Origin: Choristocarpus tenellus KU-1152
Taxonomy: Eukaryota; Protista; Phaeophyceae
NCBI GenBank assembly: GCA_964200185.2
Contig: CAXNAD020000075.1
Coordinates: forward strand, 1 to 32,112
DNA length: 32,112 nucleotides
Reading direction: 5' to 3'
Below the pieces are notes generated by a model. The model did no database searches. It had not been told where the DNA came from and saw only the letters and a program-made list of their open reading frames with translations. Each line of letters starts with the position of its first letter. The stretch's first letter is position 1. This document shows, one piece after another, positions 9,332 to 20,300 of this stretch. Both the position numbers and the translations under genes were made by a program.

Positions 9332-12300
9332 ATGCTCTGTGTGAATCGCCTGCTAGGGTATGTAAGGCCTTTGCGACCAGACCTCTGCAATACGGCTTCT
9401 AGTCGAGTGCCAACTGCTCGTGCCCTAGTAGTAGGCAATGTCTACACGGGCAAGCACCCCAACCCCTCAACTGAGTACCAGGATTTCAGTATAACCTCTG
9501 GAGTTGATGGTCGAGTGCTCTGGAGAACGATTGGTCTGGTCCCCGCTTTAAGGCCAACTAATGCCTCGACCCTAGTACCAAGCAGGCGGAGTTTGTCTAC
9601 CTCGGCTAGGAAGGGAGGTGACCCTACTGTTGTGGATGCTCCAGTCGTTCCTGTTACTCCCTCATCTACCCCCTCTGAGTCGGGATCGCCCCCTATCGGA
9701 GATGATTGCTCGACAATTCCTGGAATTGATCAGGTAGCTCAAGTAATTTGCTGTAAGGTCGTTGTGGAGGGTGCGATGCTCTTGTCGTCGAGAGAAACGG
9801 TCACCAATTGGTTTAATTGACCCAGCCAACCATGTCTGTGTATCTCCAATCTATTATCTGCAGACAGAGGTGTTGCTTGGCGCCCAGCCCGTCGATATGG
9901 GATTCGCCCCCTCAGAATTGGCAATGCGTGTCGTTGATTGGGTTCACGTCACTGGAGGCCTACCGTATTGGGCAGCCATCGGTTGTATTACCTTGGCATT
10001 GCGTTCGATCATCTTCCCTGTGGGACTTCTTTCTATTCGGAACTCTTCACGACTGGCGATCATGAAGCCTGAGATGGACTTACTCAAGGCATCCATTGAG
10101 GTATGGTCTCCTTGCATGCTTCGCGGTACTATGCACCCCTAACACCTTAGAAATGCATCACAACTTCAATGTATGGTGTTGGGCGTGGTGAGGATCATTG
10201 GGACAGCAACGAATCTAGTGGAGTGAGAGGAGTGAAGAGTAGACCTGACTCAGACAATCATTTTCCCTGTCTTCCAACTGTTAATGATTTGCTGCACATC
10301 TTCAGCCTTTGTTGTCACACACGAGAGGCACGAGTCCCCTCTTCTCAACGTACACAATACGAAACTTACTCCAGCAACCCTATAGTGTGATTGGATTAAC
10401 TAGTGCAAGGCTCACAGCTAACTCCTTCAGCATGAACCTCTCCCCCCGTCGATTATTTCCACGAAAGACAGGCCTTTGTTGATCACAGCTTGCTCTCGTC
10501 ATACTTGCACCCGTTTCCCAAGTTGTGGACAGAACACGTTGTGGAACACATTCCTTTGTCAAGAAACCTCTACTCCTCCCCCAATCCTACTAACCATCCC
10601 TCTGCCCTGTAGGATGATCCTAATTCGAGCCAGGTAAGACGGGCAGACCGATACCGGCAAGAAATGAGGGCTTTGTTTAGGAAACACAAGTGCAACATGA
10701 TGAACGGCATTGCATTTCCTCTGGTTCAGATCCCCCTTTTCATCTCCTTCTTCACTGGATTGCGCAGCATGGCGGAGACCTTCCCTGCCTATGCCTCAGG
10801 CGGTACATTGTGGTTCATGGTGAGCAAATTCTTAGTTGCAAGTGTAATTCTATAGAGGCCTCCATATTCGTATGCTTTGTGCCTGGCATGGAGTAACATT
10901 CCCTTTTCCTGGAGAGGATAGACTTTGATGGAGTGATACACAAAAGAGGCTTATCACAACAGTGGTCTCTGGCTGCTAATATTCTTGACTAATTGAATAC
11001 AAAGGAGAACGCAAGCAATGTGTGGAGAATAGCAGCGTAAGCACACACAGCCTTCCAAAGCTTTTATGCCTCATCTCACACACACCACCCTGCACTCCTA
11101 TATGCGACACAGGACTTGGGTGCAGCGGACCCAACACATGCCTTCCCGATTCTGACAGGGTTGACCTTTCTCCTTATGGCAGAGGTTGGAGCGGATGGCA
11201 TGGCACAGGGTTCAAACTCGTCTTCCATGCGTGCAGGGATGCGTGGGCTCTCTGTGGTGATGGTACCCCTGACTTGGAATGTGTCGTCCGGGGTGTTTGT
11301 GTACTGGCTCACTTCCAACATGTACTCCTTGGCACAGACTCTCTTTCTCAAGGTATATTTATATACTGTCACCATTTGTGACCGACCTTGTCTGTGTGCA
11401 GTAGACAGTATATTGTCAAGTAGTAAAATGGGTACTTGTAGTAGCACTTGCACAAGAAGTACGCGCTAGTGTTTCACCCATGTGCACCTTGCAGTCACTC
11501 TAGGAAGATGGCTAAAATTACCATTCCAAGAAGGGGGATTAAGTGTATTTTTAGCGATGAGAGTTGGGTGAGGTAGGTGAAAGGGGTGATTCTTTGGCAT
11601 ACACTAGATTACATGGGAGGGTCACATTCTTGCAATTTCTTACATATAGGAGCTGCTTCGGAGTTTGAGTTTGTTGGCACCTCCTTGAAGAAAGCAACTG
11701 ATAAGCTATGTATTTTCACAGCTAAGCCTTCAATCTGCGTGGGTTCCATAGAAGAGTTTAGAAGTGAACGACGCTTCTGAGGATACAGTCATCAACGAAC
11801 CATACAGTTGTTTTTGTGTCCCTCCTTTGTTGTGTTTTTGATGATAACTGCAAATGAATGTTAGCATCTGTAAGCTTGCCAACCTGCGGACTCACAGATA
11901 CATATTGGAGGGGCACTGCACAGGGTTAGTGCAATCGCACTTGCAAAATTTGGTGTGCCATCGTGACTGTCTCAGGAAAATCAACACCAGAGTTTTTTTA
12001 GATTGGCTTGAACTGTGCTAAAGACATTAAGGAGTTACTGATCCTGAACATTGGCACCTAAGACTCTGCCGTTTGGTTTCTTATTCCCCTCCCACACATT
12101 CCCCATGTCCAGAACATTAGCATAGTCTTGGGAAAATTCCCTTGTGGTTGCCGCCTCTGTCATTGCTGGAATATTTTCAACTGTCCTGTTTGACTCCCCT
12201 CTTTTCATACCCTAATCGAGGTAACCCCTCCTAACTTGACAGACCTCACTGTTACCCCTTCCACTGCCCAATCAGGCACCTAAGATCAAGAGTGCGCTAG

Positions 12301-12647
12301 ACATACCTACAGCTCGCCCTCCACCCCCCCCTTTGGACAAGAGCATGACGTGGATGGGTGTGTTGGGGGCCAAAAATCCTTTTCAAGCGTACAATGAAAT
12401 GCGTCATCAACAGGAGATGGAAACGTGGCTTGCCCCACCCATCGGTGGAAGCCCTGGTTCCCCACTACCACGTGCCTCACCAAGGCCTCCCCTGGAGATC
12501 GTCAAGGCCCCCCAGCCTACTCGAGCTCCTGTAGAGGTGGTAACCTATGCAGAGAGACCGACTGCAGTAAGGACAGAAAGGAAAAGTAGGAGCGGCAGAA
12601 GCGAGAAGAAGGGCAAGCGTGCAAAGGATCGGGAAGCGGGAAGGTAG
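9332..12647 (+). CDS. OXA1: Mitochondrial inner-membrane protein insertase OXA1 (YidC/Oxa1/Alb3 family), 5 exons, ~485 aa
   Basis: Exons: 9332-9733 (alternative in-frame donor at 9742), 9864-10100, 10613-10819, 11113-11352, 12276-12647. All introns are phase-0 GT-AG. Family motifs: HVTGGLPYWAAIGCITLALRSIIFP, LAIMKPEM, LFRKHKC, FPLVQIPLFISFFTGLRSMA, GGTLWFMDLGAADP, GVFVYWLTSNMYSLAQ. It has an Arg/Ser-rich N-terminal presequence-like segment and a basic C-terminal tail (RKSRSGRSEKKGKRAK), as expected for ribosome-binding Oxa1 rather than Cox18. Confidence 0.93.
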
Positions 12648-13560
12648 TGATGTGTTTTTAGTAGTCCCTAGTCTAGGTGTGTGTCTGTACTTTGTTGCTT
12701 TGTTTCTTTGTTGCTTTGTTTCTTTGTTGCTTCTTTTACTTCAACTTTGGTGTGCCGTGTCATCTTGAGCGCTGTGTGTGCTTGTCAGTAGTCTTCCCAA
12801 AGTTTTTGTTTACAGAGGGGTGTCATAAAGCATGCTATGTCGAAATAGTTACAGCCTCTTTCAAAGTTGGACATAAAAGAGATCTATGTTTCTGCCATGA
12901 CTCCACTGTTTTGATCTATCTTCACAAGCAACCTCAACCCTTCATTTAGTGCTTGTAGCACTTCCAGTGTTAGCCTCGACATCTCCTGGCCTTACTTCAA
13001 TCCCCTAGTATGTAGTATCAGCTAAGATGTGTATTCCACGGCAACCATTTACTACACTACACCTGGTTGTCCATGTGTTCCTGTGGATTTTCTGAGAGGC
13101 CACTTGTGCTCATGTCTTCACTCCTTGACTGAAGCACCCTTCAAGAGTAGGGCATCAGGTCAGCCTATTCTCATCCCTATTCTTATCACAGCAGCATGGA
13201 ATTATTTTGACACACCACATCGTTTCTCCTCCCTTGTAGCTTCTGTGCTACTCCTAGGATAGATGGTAAAACTGCTGCAACTGAGAAGACTGACAGAAGT
13301 AATGCCCCTTCGTGCTAATATATTGTACTGTATGTGCTTGTGCACATTTTTTTGAAAGCTAAATTGACTCTAGAGGTTACATGTTGTGGGTACCGCTAAC
13401 ACTCCATACTACTTCGAACAACCTTTTCCTGAGAGGCGAGGCATTGTGTGCCAGGCAATTGCCCCAAAATGGAGTGAGGGGGTCGTGGAGAGTGTAGGAT
13501 TGCAAAGAGCAGGGAGGTTGCAGGTGGTATTCGCATCAGTGAGCAGGGGGAGGTGAAGGA

Positions 13561-13575
13561 GGTTAGGGTTAGGGT
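13561..13575 (+). repeat. Short interstitial telomere-like repeat (GGTTAG)2GGT
   Basis: GGTTAGGGTTAGGGT read directly from the sequence. Confidence 0.6.
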
Positions 13576-16460
13576 GATGAGGCACTGCAAGAGTTACAAC
13601 AGTGGGGTGCAAATCTTGACCACATCTAGAACTATTCGCAATGGAGGAAAATCAGGATTGGTGAAACTGAGGGAAGGGGTGAACGCGCTTACCCTGTACA
13701 CTCCTCAACAGTTTTGGATTCTCGAGGGAAAATAACTAGCTGCAATGGCCTTGCAGATAACATTGGCACTGGACAGCTACAACGGTCAATGTCAACAGCA
13801 AGCAATGTGTTCTGTACAGGCTCAAACATCAAGGGGAATGGCAGTTGTAAAGTTGCAGCATGGAGGCCTGTGCTCTTGTTGAAACACCTATATTGTCGTA
13901 TCGCATATTAAAGCATGACATTGCTGATCCGTAGACACAAGTATATCCTCACAAGTTGTTTGTTTTATTGCATGATTATTCCTTCTACCTAACCAGTACG
14001 TCATAGAGCTTACACTGCTTCACTTTATACTGGTATGCTGCTAAGGACCCTCCCATTTTCCGGTGTCGGGTTGTGTGCAAGAGACACATTTATGGGTCTG
14101 TGAGGACTGAAGGCTTCACGGTACTCAAGAAAAGTTAAACATATTTACTCTCAAGAAGTTTGCACTTCAAAGATATCCAGACAATACTTGTGAGAGGAGC
14201 TAGAGGTTGTTTGTTGTGCCTGATATAGCCCAAGACCTAGGAGGTAAGAGTGGGCTGAGAATATGTAGAAATTACAATTTTTCGTCTCCATCCATTCTTC
14301 CCAAGGATCGTCAAATAGTATATCCTCTACAGGAGTAGTGTGAGTGCTTGTAAGTTCACAACAGCCTGAGAGAGAGAAAGTTGTATGTGCAACACATTAG
14401 AAAACCACCACTTCTTGTAGTATGAAAGAATATCCCCGGGAAAGGTTTGGTAATCCAGGAGTCTGATTCATTATTGAGGGGTGAGATTATCGGAAAATGA
14501 GCGACTCTGCCAGCAAATTGCTGACGCTCTGAAGCACTTGGAAATCGATCTTACGTGCCAATAGTAAATCAATCCCAGTCTGACAGAAGCGCTTTGAGGG
14601 TCTTCCCCCTATCAGTAATATAATCCAACTTCATTGCATCATGTCGAGCTTCTTCCATGGACAAGATCATCACTTCTCCTAACACCTTTGTGTAGGAAAA
14701 TAAATTACCGTTACTGTGGCTCTCGACAACAAGTGATACAATAGCAACAAATTGAGGCAAGGCTTACCAGGTACAGAAACAATCCCTGTCCTCCAAAATG
14801 GATAAATCAAGTTTATAATTACACTATATACCACTGTTCTGTGCTGAAGTACACGTCCCAACACTCAACCAATGTTACCAGTGAAACTAACTAACTTCTC
14901 CTTTCTTGCATAGCAGATGGCTCTGTAGTATAAAATAGGGCAAACAAGCACTAGCAGTTTCTACATCTAATCTCCTAAGAGCATGTAGACATCACATGAG
15001 ATGGGGTTGTATCATTTATCCCCTCTCACAAACCTACCCCATCCCATCACACCCTGTGGAACACATCTAACGCATTGGTACCCTGAAGATATCCAGCCAA
15101 ACAATGTACTCACTCGCCTGGCATGATACTTTATATTATGTGCTTAGGATGCTTCAAAAAAATGCCCAGCCTACAACCTTCCTCAACTTTCTCAGAGTCC
15201 ACTTAGTGGACCTCCAACATGTAAGCTTCCCTGATGCCCAACCTCCTCAAAGCGGACAGGCATCCATTCTTGGGGCCTTCTTCCCCATACACATTCCACC
15301 AGGAACTGCGAACCACTCCCCACACAGCTCCTTTTCCCGTTCTATTTTCAGCATCTTCACCACTAAGTCGTACCAACATCACTGCATCAACCGGCCACGC
15401 CATGAATAATAACAGTCTTGCATCTTTTTCGCTGGGGGGAGTAGGAATTATGTGAGGAAGCCTAGATATCTTTTTGGCCTTCAATCCATGCTAATATTGA
15501 CTTGTTTAACTGATTACAGCTTCCGTGTTCATACTTCTCTTCTTGCATGAAGAATATGGTCCACCTCGACATCGTGCCCCTCCCTGACCCTACTGGGGCA
15601 CTCAACCACCACATAAAATGTTCTCTTCGTCCTGAAGGTTTCCAAAATGAATAATTAATGACAACGAGAGCACTTTACTCGGGAATATGAAATCGACAAT
15701 CATACTAAGTCACAAGTAGATATGAACGGACTCTTCTGTTGCAACCTATATATAAAATTTAGTGGTTGAAGAACCCTCCTGTGTTTGCTACATATATCGC
15801 TCAATTCTTCTCGTCAGTGACGTTCCTGGCATTGTGAAGCGCATGAAATGGATGCATCACAAAGTAAACCTGAAACATCTTTCCTTGTCTTCCACTCAAG
15901 AGTGGTGTCATTTTTACAACTTCCACATCCACCTCAGTTCTCCTCTTTAACATGCCTGAGCCTGGCAGTTCATATTTTGCACGAAAATCGCAGGAGTACG
16001 ATCGTGAAGGGACTATCTTTCCTCCTTTGTGGTGTCGTGTTGGTTGGAAAGCGGCGAGATGAGATATTGTGCTTGCGCTTTGTTTTCGTGATTTCTTTAG
16101 GGTACCTCTCATGTGGATGCTGTTACAGGCGCCCCTCAGAACTCCCCTCCACAGGATGACAACTCAAATTTAACGACCTTAAAAGGACGCTAAGAGAGGG
16201 GTCCACAGATGATGACCACGTTCGGTGTCAGTTTGATGCTTAGCTCAGTCAATGTTTCGCTTTTCGCTTTATCAAAAGAGGTACATCAAAAGAACTGAAG
16301 GGCGTGGTGAGCCTTCGGCTTTTTATTAACTTTCATCCACCATTTTTATACAGTCAAAGAGTTAAATGCCTATGTAGATACTTAAAATAATAAATCTTTA
16401 TTCTGCAACTTCCAAGAATTGACATATATTCTGTGAGATTATGTATATTTCTAATCTTAC

Positions 16461-17099
16461 TCTACATCTTTTATCAATTCAAAGTTCCCCTTGCATGAAT
16501 TCTTACGTGTGTATAATGTTCGCGCATTTTGGCACGCAGAAAGAATTGCTCGCATTATTTTTTGATGGATCAATGCATACATCACGGCCACCTCTCCTAC
16601 ACGAATGATAACGTTTCTTTTATGTTCACTGTTCAGAGGTAGACTCGGTCTGTTGGGGCATTTTAATGAAACTTCACGTAAACTTTTTGGAGGACCATTC
16701 AATTGATTGGTCAAAGTATGTATCAAAGTGTAGGTTTCGGACAAACCACTAGTTGTGGTTGAGATACTATGTGTAACCCACGCTCACAATGATCATGATT
16801 TAAAATATTATTTGAGGTCATGTATAGTAAAACAATTAATACCAAACTTTTTCGTTTTTTTTATTCGCATTTATCTCGAGAAAAAGTCACGCCACTTACC
16901 TTTTAACTCTACTACTTTTCGTTAGGTGTAGGACAGTTGCAGGATCAAGGTAGTTTTGAGGACAGGGTGGACGTATAACTTTAAAGTGGATCACCACAAT
17001 TGCGCATTTCCAGTGTGAACAAGCCGATGCACGAGAGTCAGCGCCGGAAGGGCAAGCGAATCCATGCCAGAGATTTATCATCGCCCCGTTGGGGCACAT
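16461..17099 (-). other. Candidate first two exons of an unannotated spliced transcript divergent from WDR48 (orphan gene, pseudogene or lncRNA)
   Basis: ORF 17099-16900 ends at AG|GTAAGT (phase 2). A 151-bp AT-rich intron ends ...ctcaaccacaacTAG. Exon 16748-16461 continues in frame for 96 codons and ends at GA|GTAAGA. No recognisable domain. Confidence 0.35.
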
Positions 17100-17343
17100 C
17101 AACAGGTAATATAGGTCCTATTCCTAACCAGCTGGGGTGAATTTTCATTTTCCCTGCTCCAGCTCGTGCCAATGTATAACTTGCTGGTGATTGTCCCAGT
17201 GAGGAACGAGGAAGAATCTATCCAGGAGTGAAAAGAACAGTCTGATGCCCATCTTGATCTTCATCTAAGTATAGAATAGAATAACCACCCTAATACCTTT
17301 CCCCCACCTGATGCATCTTAATTTCCCATCTCATCCCTTTTCG

Positions 17344-20300
17344 ATGTCCACCCATGCCTCTTCTCTTCATCTCCTGGAACCTGAGACCCCTCCAAGGAAA
17401 CGCCGTCTTGTCAAGTATCAAATGCAGCCCTTAAGTGAACAGTTAGGTTTCACTGGACTCCATCGCTGCGGGCATCGATTCGGCGTTAATCGAATTCTTC
17501 GGGTGGGAGCTTCTGATATCCTCAGTGCAGGGCGCGACGGCGTGATCCGACGCTGGGATGTTTCAGAAAGTTTACAGATGTCAGGTATGCTTCGGGACAG
17601 TTCAACCAATTCCTGGGTACCAAGATTTCGATTAATCTGATGGAGTTGTGTCATGGGTATAACATGGATTCCCTACATGCTGCAATCCTATTTTCTCCAA
17701 AGGACAAGTTTGATATAGTTTCCCCTCACTATGATATGTGGATGGTGAGGTTACCACAGCCTAACGTAGAATCTCGTCAGCCTACCTAAACGCGTCCTCC
17801 AAATCTTACTCACTGACCGAAAGCTTGAAGGTATTATTCTCATGCCCTGACCTGCAGACTTTTGATTCCGATGCTAATCTGCGGCATACCCTGGACTATC
17901 CGCGTCTCTATCAAGACAGGCACACTGGAACATGATCGCGGTGATAGGGAAGCCGGTCTCGGACAAATACAATCTTCTCCGAAATGCACTGGCACGTTTA
18001 CGTCACACACAGATTGGGTAACGAGCCTTGCTGTGGCATCGGAGAGAATCATGGCATCGGGATCAAATGATGGTACTATCAAGCTTTGGGACCTAGCCTC
18101 TGTCCCAAACTACCTCAATGGGCATCAAGATGACACTGGTGGTGTGGGGAACTGCACGTCCACCGGAACCAACGGTGGGAGTAGTGAGCGGCGAGGAGGG
18201 GGTAACCTACCGAATGGTAACAGCTATGGCAAGAAGGATCGTACAGGCTCAAGTAGGAATTATGCTCATTCTTCAGGAGGTGTTGGAGGTGAGTTGTTAC
18301 ATTTTTGAAGTCGCAAAAAAACATCGACTTTTCAAAAAGGACCACTCAAGATGATTATTGTAGGGCATTACAAAGTCTTGATCCAGCGGTCCACCGCAGC
18401 ATCCCACCAGTCCCCAAACAGTAGTTAGTCCTGTGGGCACTTTTCGAACATATTGTTTGTGCTGTTGAAGTAAGTTGAGCAAATTGGGCGTGTATCTGCA
18501 CAGTGGTGAGGCCTGTTGGTGGGGACAGCTATGTGCCATTTATGCTAGTCCCTGAGTAATATTTCACAGGACTGTGACGACCAAGGAGAAAATGTCCAAA
18601 AAGGACAAAAAAAAAACTTCTCCCAGGTTCAGGGCAGGGTGGAAGCAGCACTTTCCTACTCTCAAGTATGCGGTGAATGTTAACGTACGTTGTGAAATCA
18701 TCTGACAGGTCCTGACTGTGGGCTGCACAAATATTGACATATAACAAGAAAGTTATCACAGAGCAGTATGGACCCCATTCAGTCCTTGACTTCAAGCTCT
18801 GCACTTTAAGAGGGACTCATGAAAACTTGTTCATTCTCTATGCCTCTGAAATTCCCTCCCTAGAACTCCTTCATGGTGCCCTCATGCTGAACAGTAACGG
18901 CAGCAGCAATGGTGGTGGATTTGGTGAAGGTGAGGATTCCCCTCCTCACCCTCCAGCCCAGTTTGCACCATTGCTAACAGTGTCAGGTCATGGGGACTAT
19001 GTGAAGTGCCTGGCCTACTCACCCCACCGGAGTCTACTGGTGTCAGGGGGTCTGGACAAACGCATGCTTGTGTGGGACTTGCAACGAATGACTGCTCCGT
19101 TAATGTCCCTTCTGCCAACGGGCAGAGGTGATGAGAAGGGTGTGATGGGGAAGGGTCAGTGGAAAGGGCTGGAAGGGGAACATGGTGATACATGGCAGCT
19201 ATTGCGGGATCCAAGGAGAGTCTTGCTTGGGCCAGGGATAGCGGCAACTGGGCATGGTGAGGTAAGTGATGTGCGCCAATGATGCAAGAATATCGTGTGT
19301 ATAGCCTCACACAGCAGCAGGAAGATTCAATATTGAGTGAGGGATGTAAGGCAGGGAAAATTAGAGAAAGTGGTGACTAGACCCCCTACTGCTGTAGTGG
19401 TCAAAGTATGGCACAAATCTTGGACAGGGTGTAGAAAGGACTCCCCTGTTCCCTGAAGTTTTTAGTTTCGAGAATGAAAACGACAGTTATCCAGTGTCAG
19501 TGTGCATTGGACACCTAGAATGTGAGGTGAAGGCAGTGTATACATTACTTGTCGTTGTACTTTGTGAGTAAGCTCTTCATGTTTATATGATGTAGATTAG
19601 ATTAGATTGGGCATATCCTATGATCATTTAGGTTTCCAAAATTTCCCCATGTACTGTATGCAGGTGTTTCTTGTCCTGCTCTGTAGAGGGCATATACCTT
19701 ACCATTTTCCTCAATCTTACAAAATGATAGAGATGAAGCATTGAGGGCAGGACGTGGTTGACAAAGGGTTCAATAAATAGCAAATATATGGCCTGGGCCG
19801 GGGTTTCTGGGCTATTGGTAAGGCTTACATGAAGCCTGTTGTGCTGGTCCCTTTTTAGTAATATATTTTGTATGTATGATATCTTATGTAATACCATGGA
19901 TATTTTCCCACCTTATGGTGGGGATCAATATCATAAATGATCCAGTGCATGATATGAATGATTCATACAACCCAAACATTAGCAGTCGAGCGTGTGAGGA
20001 AATATTCCATCAAGTATGAGGAATTGCAAGGTTAAACAAAGATCGCATTGATGACTTTGATGATAGGATTCCAAATTCAGTCTTCAACTAAATGGTTGAT
20101 TATGATGATCAGGTATTTTGGTCTATGATTGTAACGAATCTTCTTGGTATGATGTTAGGGTGATTGCAATTGATCTGAGCCTTAGAACGGTACTTTGGTT
20201 CAAGCTCGTTCAAATTTAATCACACGTCTCCAGGAAGAGGTTGACATGTTGATACACACACACACTGCATTGAGCTGCCTGTCCAGCTACTGAGCCAGTC

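Noticed and set aside
14569-14571. In-frame TGA as selenocysteine
   Set aside because: No redox-motif context and no SECIS recognised. Read-through followed by splicing at 14554 meets another stop within three codons.
15540-15632. Chromodomain-like peptide HDVEVDHILHARR on the minus strand
   Set aside because: Too short, and it lacks the downstream Y-x-V-K-W motif.
19490-19520. Hairpin followed by CTAG (Helitron-like 3' end)
   Set aside because: The stem is imperfect, the spacing to CTAG is atypical, and no matching 5' TC end or second copy is visible.
20102-20178. Possible intronic C/D box snoRNA (ATGATGA ... CTGA, ~77 nt)
   Set aside because: The terminal stem is weak and I could not identify an rRNA-complementary guide. 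TGATGA-like words are frequent locally. An Rfam/snoscan hit would be needed.
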